A stretch of DNA of 63,129 nucleotides, filler included, from Blastocystis sp. subtype 4 (Eukaryota), in assembly GCF_000743755.1 (NCBI RefSeq). It is 5 parts of 5 records of this genome, joined end to end, with 100 filler letters (N's around TTAATTAATTAA, not from the genome) between each part and the next. Parts side by side here need not be neighbours in the genome. Positions count along the whole stretch, not along the records: positions 1 to 12,818 come from NW_014569255.1; 4 more parts are not named here. One strand, written 5' to 3'. Under the pieces are notes generated by a model. The model was given only the letters and a program-made list of their open reading frames with translations, was not told where the DNA came from and searched no databases. Of the stretch, positions 1 to 10,862 are shown piece after piece; the first letter of the stretch is position 1; every line of letters begins with the position of its first letter. The position numbers were made by a program, and so were the translations under genes.

Positions 1-2
1 TA

Positions 3-65
3 TACAACTCTGAAGGACGTGCTTCTGTTATTATGAACCCTAATGGATTCCCTTGGAAGAAGTAG
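3..65 (+). CDS. 3' end of a tryparedoxin/nucleoredoxin gene (partial; duplicate of the gene at 46716-47169)
   Basis: Translates YNSEGRASVIMNPNGFPWKK-TAG; nt 1-99 are the exact reverse complement of 46682-46780. Confidence 0.9.
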   Translation, partial: YNSEGRASVIMNPNGFPWKK

Positions 66-169
66 ATATTTCGGTAGTTACTTCTTGTTTGTTATCAACT
101 GTTTCTCGTTTCGTGGAGTTACTTACGACTCACTGAATCTGCTGAAGCGATTTCACTTTTGGTGGCAGA

Positions 170-2979
170 ATGCAAGTTCAAATCTACTCACTGTTGTTTG
201 CAGATGGAACTCAGGGACGATGATGGGTGGAATATCGGGATGCCTGTACTTCTTGATTGCCTCAGAAAGGATATCTACTCGTTGATTGCAAAACTTGATC
301 TTCCAGAAGAAGAACAGGTGAAAATAGGAAAACTAATCGAACAGATTCGGTTGGAGGAAGCGAGATACGAACAAGATATCCGGAAACAGATCTCGGAGAA
401 AACTAAGGCAACAAGAGAAGAAATTGCTAAACTAAGGGAAAGGTGTCGGGTACTAGATGTTAATGGAAATGGTTTATCTGGAAATACAAGGACTGAAGTG
501 AAAGGAAATGGTTGGGATATCGTTGTGTGTACTGATAATTTGTAGTAAGTGAAAGTGATCTTGAAATAGAAAAACAGAATTTGGTTCATGAGGTAACAGG
601 AAAGATCCAGAGCTTGAAGAATGATCTTATTAATCTGTCTATGGAGGCTCGTTTATCTATTGAACTGGAGATACGCGATAACAAAGAGGTGATCGAGCAG
701 TTGTCGTCATCCATTCAATCGCTAACAGAAAAGTACCAGGAACTGAATGGCTTGTATGTTACTGAATGTGAACGTCGTCGAAGGGTATTACTGCTATTGT
801 GCTTGTTATGTAGATATTCAACGAACTACAGGACATGAAAGGAGCTATTCGAGTGTTTTGTCGTATTCGTCCACTCATTCAGCAAGAAATGAATCGTTCT
901 CAAGAATCTGTGATAGAGTATGTCATTTTATCTTCAATTATTTCAAGAGCAATGGATAATACTTCTCTCCACATTCGATTGCCACTAACAAGTATCGATT
1001 CAGGGAAGGGACAGCGTCGTACAGAGAAGTTATACGAGTTTGATCGTGTATTCGATGAGTCATCAACACAACGTGATGTATTCAGTGAAATGGAAGGATT
1101 GGTAACAAGTGTTTTGGATGGTTATTCTGCTTGTATTTTTGCTTATGGTCAAACAGGCTCAGGGAAGACATATACGATGGAAGGTGATGTGGATAATGAA
1201 TCATTGAGAGGAGTGATTCCACGTACTCTTGAAGCATTATGTTCAGAGATGCGAAGTCGATCATGTGTCGATTATTCTATTCATATTTCAATGATTGAAA
1301 TCTATAATGAGAAGGTGTATGATCTGTTAAGTAACAATCTCCAGGTGGAGGTTCGATTGAATCCAGATGGTCATGTTATTCTTCCTTCTGCTATATCTGA
1401 GAAAGTTGATTCTTTTGAAGCCATGCAAGCAGTACTTGTACGAGGGAATATGGCTCGTCGTGTTGCTTACACAGCGAGCAATGAACACAGTAGTCGATCT
1501 CACATGCTTTTCCTGCTAACTGTGGAGTCATACAATCCAGCCACATCGCAGCATAGTTCAGGTCGACTTGTTCTTGTTGATCTGGCTGGTAGTGAGCGAG
1601 TAGCTAAGACAGAATCGACAGGTCAACATCTGACAGAAGGACAGTTCATTAACAAATCCTTATCTAGCTTAGGAGATGTGATTCATGCTCTGCACAACAA
1701 ACACAAACACGTCCCATTCCGAAATTCAACTCTCACGTTTGTTCTTCAGGATGTGTTGACTGAGGGGAATAAGGTCCTAATGATTACACAACTCTCTCCT
1801 GCTGCTTGTAATGCACAGGAATCACTTCAATCTCTTGAGTTTGCTAATCGAGTGAACAAAGTGGTGTTGGGTCGAAGCAGTGAGAACAAGACCCATCCAA
1901 TGATTGCCAAACTAACAGATTCTGTGAGAGAATCATAGTCAAGTGATGAATAGAATGCGAAACTGAAACAAGAACTCCAGAATATGAAAAATGAATTAGA
2001 TGTCGTGAAAGAAAAGTCATCCTTTGCCTCCGAATCACTCACTCAAGCATCGAAACGAACTCAGTCTGTCCAGACAGTTCTGAACGAGAAGATTGATGAA
2101 GTTTGGTTTAAAGGAATCAGTGATTGATAGCTCTCGAAAGCCACTCAGCGTATTGAGGAACTGGAAGCGGAAGTTGCGGGGAAGAGCCGACTTTTACAAG
2201 ACCGTATCGAAGAAGTGAAGCAGTTGCAAGCCAAAGTGGCTCAGTTGGAATCGAGTGATCGATCCTCTGGAACTCATTTGTCTGAATCTACAGTCCCTCT
2301 TCGAGATTCCTTTGGTTCGTTTGTCGATACAAGCAATCCTCGTGTGACTCGTCGGCTGAGTACCATTGGGGTTCCAAGTCTTCAATCTTCGCGTGCCCCC
2401 TCTCTGTCATCACATCGACCCTCCATCGTTCATCCATCAAAGCCAGCTGGATCTGATCGAGTGGAACCTGTGAAACGAACCTATACTGCCCATCGTCGTA
2501 TCTCCCTTATCGAACGATCTCGTCTTGCCACCACATCATCCTCCTCACTTCCTGCAGCACCACAGTCGGCCTCTGTGACAGGTGTAGTGCGTCTTGGTAC
2601 GGTTCGTCGTGCTTCTCAAGCTCCTCGACGTCAGTCTGTGGTTCCACCTCCAGCTTCTGCACGAGTGAAATCTGAGGAGCCGAAGGAAACGACGCCAGAG
2701 GCTGAATCGGAATCGAAGAAGCCAAAATACACAGTTTCGGTGAGTCGGACACAACCAGAAGTGAAAGCAGCATATACTTACACTCCATCCACTGATCGCA
2801 AGGCTTTGGACACTTTGATCAGGAATCAAAGAATGTCTATTGAGCGTGATCCAGAAATGAGTATAACTGGAGAAGAAGACTCATGACTAGCATCTTTTCT
2901 CACTAGTACGTCAGTTCGAAAACAAGAAAACCCAAACTCGTTTTTATCCACAAGTGGAAGTAGTCAGAGTAATCTATGA
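170..2979 (+). CDS. Kinesin-14 family motor protein (multi-exon)
   Basis: Coiled coil, then neck ERRRRIFNELQDMKGAIRVFCRIRP after splicing intron 785-813; P-loop GQTGSGKT, NEHSSRSH, LVDLAGSE, HVPFRNSTLT; Ser/Pro/Arg-rich tail; ends approximate. Confidence 0.9.
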
Positions 2980-3058
2980 GGAATTGATTCATCCCAACAA
3001 TTGTACAATGTAGTCTGTTTATCCTATGTTTGACAAACAATTATTACAACGTAGTTCA

Positions 3059-4580
3059 TTAATGATACTTCAACCACTTTTCCTGACCCTGTTCTTCAAG
3101 AATCGTTGAACAGAGTGCTTCAGAGTCATGCATACCCTTTGAATACACGGAGATACTCTTTTCAAACGGCATGTTCTTAATTGCATAGAATTTCGCAAAA
3201 CAGCTATTCAACATCGTTTCCACTTGTTCCTTGCAGTGAACATCAACTCCAATCTGCTTCCAGCAGATAGGCAATCCCACTTTGGTGAAGAAGCCTGCTA
3301 ACTCTTTGCATTCTTCAGTTCGTTTCTCCATAACCAATTCTGTCATTACTCCAAGAGCCACCATCTCACCATGGAGATACTTCTTTTCCATACCAGGGAG
3401 AGCAGTAACCCCAACACCCAAAGCATGTGCCCCTGATACTCCGCTATTCTCAAAGCCCAATCCAGAGAGAACTGTATATTGACACCATTCCCAATCCATA
3501 CGTGTATTCGCTTCAACCACTGCTTCAAGGTGTTCATCCACTTGATGATTCTCCACAGCCTTCAATTAAGGATTCATTAATAACTCAAGAGTGGATATCT
3601 GAATTGCAGCTTCTCCTTCTCGAAGAATCGTCTTTGTGCATGCTTCAGCAATGGCCATAGCGGTAATGCTTCCTTTTAATATTCTCATAATCATGCTTAC
3701 GTTGGTCGAACACGTACAGATGACTCTCCAGCAGGGTTTTCAGCCACACAACGGGCTTCAACAAACGTAGCGAGAGCATCTCCCATTCCTGCAACAAGGT
3801 AACGGGCCTATCACTTAAGGAGATTAACCCAACAATACAGGGGTATTTACAATGATTTCAGTATCGACAATCACCATGTCGGGACTACTTGCTAACAACG
3901 GAATAAACCTACTTCTTGTAGTTAAAATAAGCTCCTTGACGTTCGTCTGTCTTGTCATCGTAGATAACCGATAAGGAGGAGGTAGGAGCATCATTCGAAG
4001 CAAGAGTACTATATGATGGACATGAAAAGTATCAATTACGGAATGATAATGCAATTCGTATCCAACGTCTATAGATTAACGCTAATTCCATTCTTTACTG
4101 TTGCTACGCCCTTTCCAAGATCTACAGCCTTTCCACCTCCAACAGCAATGACAAAATCACAGTGCTTCATCTCTTTTGCTGCATCACATACTCTTTGAAT
4201 TCCTTCCCAGCTATACGTTATCCACTCAAATAAAATATACCTGCACTGATGACCAATAGGGATAAATGAGTATTCAATATTATGCTTCTGTAATGATGAT
4301 TCAACTATCGGTTTAATCCCATTTCCTCTCACATACTTGCTTCGCCAAAACGCTTGATTCCACCTTGCGAAGCAAGAACAATACAGGATCTTTCCTTCTT
4401 GAGTGGAGAAATGGAACAAATATAGTCTCCAAGGTACTGAAGAACACCTAAAGATAATACGAAAATAAGATTATAACCAGGACCTTGGATGTACTTGCTA
4501 GGAGCTATGAAAACGCGAGGATTCGAATTTTCATGCTTGTAGTACTGTACCATATGGTACGATTTCATTGGAAACTCCAT
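3059..4580 (-). CDS. gldA: Glycerol dehydrogenase (GldA-like, Fe/Zn-ADH superfamily), multi-exon
   Basis: RVFIAPSKYIQGPG, AVGGGKAVDLGK, RYLVAGMGDALATFVEA, ANTLLSGLGFENSGVSGAHA, YLHGEMVALG. Confidence 0.85.
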
Positions 4581-4664
4581 ATTGTCTGATAAGAAAATAA
4601 TCAAATGAGCAAATGCTTTGGGGGACACCTAAATATCCAGAATATTTCATATATGCAAATTTTC

Positions 4665-4672
4665 AACAAACA
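4665..4672 (-). terminator. TGTTTGTT polyadenylation motif of the fucosyltransferase gene
   Basis: Perfect motif 4 nt after in-frame TG (4678-4677). Confidence 0.75.
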
Positions 4673-4676
4673 GTTC

Positions 4677-5953
4677 CAACTAAGAGAGGTGTGGTTAATA
4701 GTTACAAGGGGTGGAGGGTCCTTAATGGGATCACTCCGTGTTATCAAAATTGTTGACCCAGAATCCATTCTTCCCACTGCCATCTCTCCAAAACTGCTCC
4801 AAGCAGTTGTAATCAACAAATTCGACCGCGAAAGAAGATAGTTATCTAAAATAGCTCGTTGAACAGCAGGATCATAGTAATTGTATGCTAGAGTTTTTGT
4901 ATGTCGCATTGGTAGTGAATCGAGAGTGAAGATACGATCTTTGTAACGTTTCTTGAACATATCTTCAACTGATGGAGAATCCGTGCTAATGAACCAAATT
5001 GGTTGTTTAGAAGTTCTATTTGAATAGTACTCGGCATAGTAAATAAACTTTTGAATATCATCATTGAAAAGAAACTTACAGTTGTCAGAAAACGCACTAT
5101 TCCCAATTCCCACTCGGATTTGCATTCCAACAACAAATTGATCCTTCCATCGTGCAGAAATACTATGATAGATCTCTTGAAGAGATGGTTCAAGAGAAAA
5201 GAAGCTCAGAAGGCGATGGTAAATGTCAACAGCAATGGCCTCATAATCTCCCCGTTTTGCTGTTCTTACCAAGCCTCGATTTACAAAGGAGGAATAATAC
5301 AAATCGTTCTTAGCCAACGAACGGAAAAGAGGACAATTCGTATATATGTTGATGTTTCCATTTCCAAAGTTCATATTGATTCTACCCAAACGAAGTTTAC
5401 TCGATTCTCGACATGCTCTCCAAACAAGTAACCGATGACCCTTAAGTCTTGATGCTAATCATGAAAACTAGTTCTTATGATTACAGTTCGATTGGCAATG
5501 ATGGTTCACTATAGGAAGAAGAAAATAAGAATCAAAACTATCCCAATCATCCACTAGACGTAATAAACATGCTCAGTTCCCACACTGAAATCCCCGATTG
5601 GTTATCATTGCAAGAAGCAATCCCGATACCAGCCCATTCAGTTTATTGGCCAAGCCAGAATAAGTAGTAGTATAAATTACATAGTATTCCTTTCCTGTAT
5701 CCATTAGCTTCTTCTGGAGACATTTGTAGTACTCCAAGAAGTCGTCCCATCGCTGATCCTGACCCTCAGGCGAGAGTAGGGTTCCATTACGATGAATAAA
5801 GTGACCAGATAGTGAATCGGAAACATCCACAACAAAGGGGCCTCTTTGAAGAACTGCTGTATGCCACTTCACAGAGCATAGCCAATTAAATGAAAATACC
5901 AACACCAATGAAAAGCATCCTAAGTAATCCCAAAATGAAGCCTCCTTTGTCAT
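4677..5953 (-). CDS. Type II membrane fucosyltransferase, GT37 (xyloglucan FUT)-like; stop probably TG+poly(A)
   Basis: N-terminal hydrophobic anchor; YSGLANKLNGLVSGLLLAMITNR, VVGMQIRVG, WFISTDS, AILDNYLLSRSNLLITTAWSSFG resemble GT37/GT-B fucosyltransferase motifs. Confidence 0.65.
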
Positions 5954-6198
5954 CGATGAAGATGATTATGGGTTGACACGATTACTATGGAAGTGGAATA
6001 ATACGCAGGAGATGCTTAAGTAATACCAGTTTTTCGAATGTGAACACTAATCAAGCAACAATGAAAGAACAGTCGTAACTAATTGACCAGCCTTTTCATT
6101 CTAACAATAAAAGAAATACAAATGGATTATGTCTATATACAAAGCAATTCTGAATTGTCTCTCCCTTCTCGTCAGTACTTATTGTCTATTGTTGGAAA

Positions 6199-7023
6199 AT
6201 GAAACGAGGGTTTGGAGATCCTTCATCAAGCACTTCCTCCCTCTTTTCAAAGAAGTCCTCGGTAAAGACATACTTTGTTGAAAAGGAAGATGTATATTCA
6301 ATTCGTGATAGAAGTATATGAATTGGTATCGTTTAATCTCTAGTCGTGAAATACACCCCAACAGATCTGAATTCCAAGATTACTCACTTTGCTTCATCGA
6401 TTCAGTTTCAAAAGGAAGCTAATTTACTTGTTGATTTTGTGATTAATGATGACATCTGTGTTTATGTTCGGAGAGTCGATGAATATATGAAACAACCAAC
6501 GTTCATGTTATTTTGATGTATTATTGGTAGAGAAGTGGACCGATTGTTAGAGAGGCAAAAGAAGAGAGAGGAGCAGTATGGTCACCCATTTATATTGCGT
6601 ATCTTTATACTAATTTTGGACAATTTGGCATCAAATGAACGTGTAATTGAGGAATTGTCAGCCAAGTGTGCTTACTCAGAGTTGTCATTACTTTTGTGTT
6701 GGAGTGTGAGTGAAGCTGGCTCGCTCATTAACGAAATCAAGTTGTATGAAAGACGAGGTGCTAACCTAATTCAAAAGAATGTTGGGAAGGACATTCGGAC
6801 GCAAGCAATGAACGTCTTAACAAGTATAGATAGTATTAATGTAACAGATTTGAATGTAGTTAACGGACAGAAGGATAATGCAGCTCTGTTGATGAATAAG
6901 TATGCTACGATGGCAGATATCATGACAGCTCAACTAAGTGAATTAGAAGAGCTTCCTGGAATAGGAACTCATCGTGTTTTGGATCTCTTCAAGGCCTTCC
7001 AACAAGTGAAAGAAACAGAGTAA
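6199..7023 (+). CDS. ERCC1: DNA excision repair protein ERCC1/Rad10
   Basis: LRIFILILD...LLLCWSVSEAGSLINEIKLYE central domain plus HhH2 (LTSIDSINKDNAALL...LEELPGIG); start approximate. Confidence 0.8.
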
Positions 7024-9442
7024 TAGCCATTGTTTACTATATTAATCACTTCTTCATAGGATAAGTAGAGAATAGGAACTGTCTTCTACACATCAATTCA
7101 ATTAACATTAACAACAAGATACTGGGAGTAATACTCATTTGAATGAATCTGATCCTTTTCATCAATCCGTTTCATTAATGCAGAAATCTTCTTTTCACTA
7201 AGTGACAATAATGCAATCAAATCATTTGAAAACTACAAGTGACTCTTCAAACTGATCACACTACCTTCATAGAGTCAAAAGAATAATTCTTTGATAACAA
7301 TCGAATCTGACTGAGAATCTTCACCAGATTTTCTGCCCCTGTTCGATTGTAGTGTAATCGTAGAATTCGCTCCTTTAACTCTTTATCAATGGATCGTAAT
7401 GTAGAAAATATGATTCCTGAACTCAATCTTTCTGACAACTCTTGCTTCAATGAATCGAAGAATTCGGTGAGAGTCTCTTCTGCTTGTTGAAGTGTCCTAT
7501 CAACACGAGATTGAGGGAAGGAATGAGAATCAGAGAGTGTGAACAATTCTGTGAGTATTACCGAATCGAACACTTGCCTTGAATAATATGAACTTATTGT
7601 TCCAATTAGCGAGTTTATAACAGACTTCTTCTCTTGATACGCTCTTTCTTTCACATCCACCAAATTCTTTTCAATCTCTGTTTCTCGCTCAAACAGTGAA
7701 ACCAATTCGGTTCTATCCAAGAACTGATTCAATACATTGATAAATCCATCCACGTCATTCACATACTGACGGAATATGTTCCATTGAAATGATGTTAGTA
7801 GGAAATGTGATAATTGGACCGTTAGTTTCAGATTTGACAAATAGATTGAAAATAGAGGAGAAATCACATCTATGAAATACTCTTTCTGTTCCTCTGTACC
7901 AACAATGTGTTGGTATTTGTTTACGATCGTATTCAAAACAACTTGAAATTTAGTAATACCTTCAATGTCTCCAGCAAGACTCTCCACAAATCCTTGATAC
8001 AGAGTACCATCAACACTCCTCCAGAATGAAAAAATGTCTTTCTCTTGATAACAATGAATGAGAAGAGCCTGCGGAACTTCACCAATTCCCCATGTTTCCC
8101 GCAGATACTCATCAAAGTGCATTACCTCACTAAGAATGGATTGGAAGAGAATCAGACGTTGATCAGTGGAATCATCGGAAGAGTCAAATGTTAATCTATT
8201 GTGGAGAATTGATTGAAGGTCTTCGTGAAGACGAGTTTCAACAATACTAACAACCTCTTCACAAATCATTATCTGATAATTTAGAGAGATAATTTAGATT
8301 ACAAGAACTGTTTCTAATTCAACACTAGTCACATTTTGAAGAACTTGAATAATAAAAGGAACATTTATGTTGAGAAAAGACTTCATGTAATTCAAATATC
8401 TTCACATTCAAGAGACGAAATAGTATATACAATGAGGGTGCTGAAATGGTGTTGGTATGACCATTGAGAATGAAATGGAATGTGAAGCGGTTTCGAATTG
8501 GCTTGAGTAGCATTACTAAGATATCTCGAATCTCCTGATTCTTGGAGGAAACGGAATCAACCCAGTCTGTCAGTTCCGTTCGAACCTGATTCAAAGCCTC
8601 TTCATACAGTTCAATAGCTTCGGACACATCACGGATACCTTGTTCTGATAAGCAGAAAATAGAATCACCAGAGTCAAGCTGGGACATTTCTGTAACAGGG
8701 TAATGATAAACAGAAAGGAATTGCTGAATAAGGGATTGATATAGTTCCAGGTAATGAGATATCAAGAAACGCAATCGTTTATAAATACATGTCTAAATAG
8801 AAGAGAATATTCGATTGTACATGAATCTCCGTCTTTTTATCTAAATACTGGATGATGAAGGACTCCTCAAATTGGTTACAAGTTGAAACAAGAGAATGAA
8901 GAAACAACTTCATGTTTGTTTGATCTGTGAGAGAAAGAGATTGGAGTTGCACTCTAAGCTTATCTGTTCGCTCTAAAAAGAATTTTGTCTCCCAAGCTAC
9001 CATTCTTTTGACCAAATGAGTCTACATTTCAACAACACTTCTTACATACATTATAGAGAGTCAGCTCATTCATTAATTGAGAAGAAATTGCATCATTTTC
9101 ATCAAGAGACTGTGTCACTCGACAATACAGATCGCTGTTGTTAAGAAATATATCATATAACGAACAAGGATATTCAAATAACGGAAAGTCATCTTCATAA
9201 AACCCAGAAAGAACGTTGTTTGCTCGTTTGATAGAAACCAATGCTTTTTCTAATTTATTCCTTGATTTTTCTAACAGCTTCTCATTCTCAGGAACAGAAA
9301 ACGAAATTGAATCAAAGAACGTTGCTAATACACTCATCTCATCTCCTTTTTTTGAATCCGCTGCGATTTCGAGTGCGAATTGCATGAATCTATGGTTAAG
9401 AGATAGTTCTCCAACCGTACTCATCAACAGATGATGGCTCAT
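7022..9442 (-). CDS. RINT1: RINT1/Tip20-like ER tethering protein; stop probably T+poly(A)
   Basis: LLKPIRNRFTFHFILNGHTN and LSEVMHFDEYLRE resemble RINT1/TIP20 conserved blocks; long helical multi-exon CDS. Confidence 0.65.
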
Positions 9443-9566
9443 TCTTGAAATCCTTATTACCCAGAGACAACAACAGAGTGTCCATAGGATAATCAAAACG
9501 AAACAAATAATGAGAGATAAGATCGGGGTTTTGTGTCCATTAGTTTGGATCAAAGAGGGATTACAA

Positions 9567-10799
9567 TGCATTCATACAGTGTAGATCTTCTTTCCATTTG
9601 AATGATTTGTAGGTTACTGAGTTTGGAACACTCCCAACTGGAGAAAAGGTCCATCGTATCTCCTTTAGGTATCAATCAAAATATCCCTTGATTCATAGCA
9701 ATGATCATGTTTCTATTGTAATGCTGGACTATGGGGCAATTCTGTTATCAGTTATCATGGAGGACAAGAATGGGAAACCAGAGGTGAGAGGTGGTAGTAT
9801 GTCTGTAATCAATAGGAGGTGACATTGAATTTCAACAATTTGAATGATTACCTAGCAAATGCTGGATACTATTACGGGGCTACTGTTGGACGGTATCTCT
9901 AATCTATTCTAGTGACTCTATAGATATGCAAATCGTATTGCAAAGGGTCATTTTTGTCTTGAAGGAAAGGACTATTCTCTTGCCATCAATAATGGTAATA
10001 ACAGTCTTCATGGTGGAAATGTTGGATGGTCCCGTGTACAGTTGTTGTATAGAAGTAATTGTTAGAAATTGTGGGAATATGAGAAATGTGAGACAGACTC
10101 TGCGGTCGGTGTTATCTTTTCTATTGTATCACCTGATGGTGATGAAGGTTATCCAGGAGAAGTGAAAGTGATTCTATGAGGATATGATGACCTGTAGATG
10201 AAAGCCTCGTATCTCCTTACTGATACTAATGAGCTCCAAGTCCACTTCACTGGTCATACAACACAGGCCACAGTGATCAATATGACCAATCATACCTACT
10301 GGAATCTTTCAGGCAACTGCAAGAAGAAGATTTATGATCAGTTACTGGAGATTAATGCAGAAACATATCTTCCTGTTGATGATATGGTTGGTGTGTCACT
10401 GAAAGCTAATTACTAGATTCCCACAAGTGAGAAACGAAATGTTGAGAACACTCCTTTTGATTTCCGTACTCCTGCTCCATGTCGTCAGGCACTAGCAATT
10501 GATGGAGGAGGCAAACCAGGACTGGATCATTGCTTCTGTCTATCGGGTGAAGGAATGCGAGTTGCTGGAAGTCTTGTTGATGTGGATTCGGGCCGCAAAG
10601 TAGAAGTCTTAACTACAATGCCTGGAATGCAAGTGTATATGGCAAATTGGGTTGATGGTGAGTTCCCTCATCTTCAACACAATGGTGTGGCTCTTGAATG
10701 TCAGCACTATCCTGACTCTCCTAACCATCCTGAATTCCCAACAACAGTTCTTTATCCGAATCAAACCTACGATGAAAGAATTGTGTTCCGATTCTTATA
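9567..10799 (+). CDS. GALM: Aldose 1-epimerase (galactose mutarotase); stop probably TA+poly(A)
   Basis: YYGATVGRYANRIAKG, NSLHGG, INMTNHTYWNLSG, LDHCF, ALECQHYPDSPNHPEFP. Confidence 0.93.
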
Positions 10800-10862
10800 T
10801 GTCTGTTTTGTTTTCTCTTACAAACAAGTTAACACAACAATATCATCCTAAGCAATCGCAAT

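Noticed and set aside
3059..10799. gldA, fucosyltransferase and GALM as a sugar-metabolism cluster
   Set aside because: Separated by ERCC1 and RINT1-like genes and not one pathway
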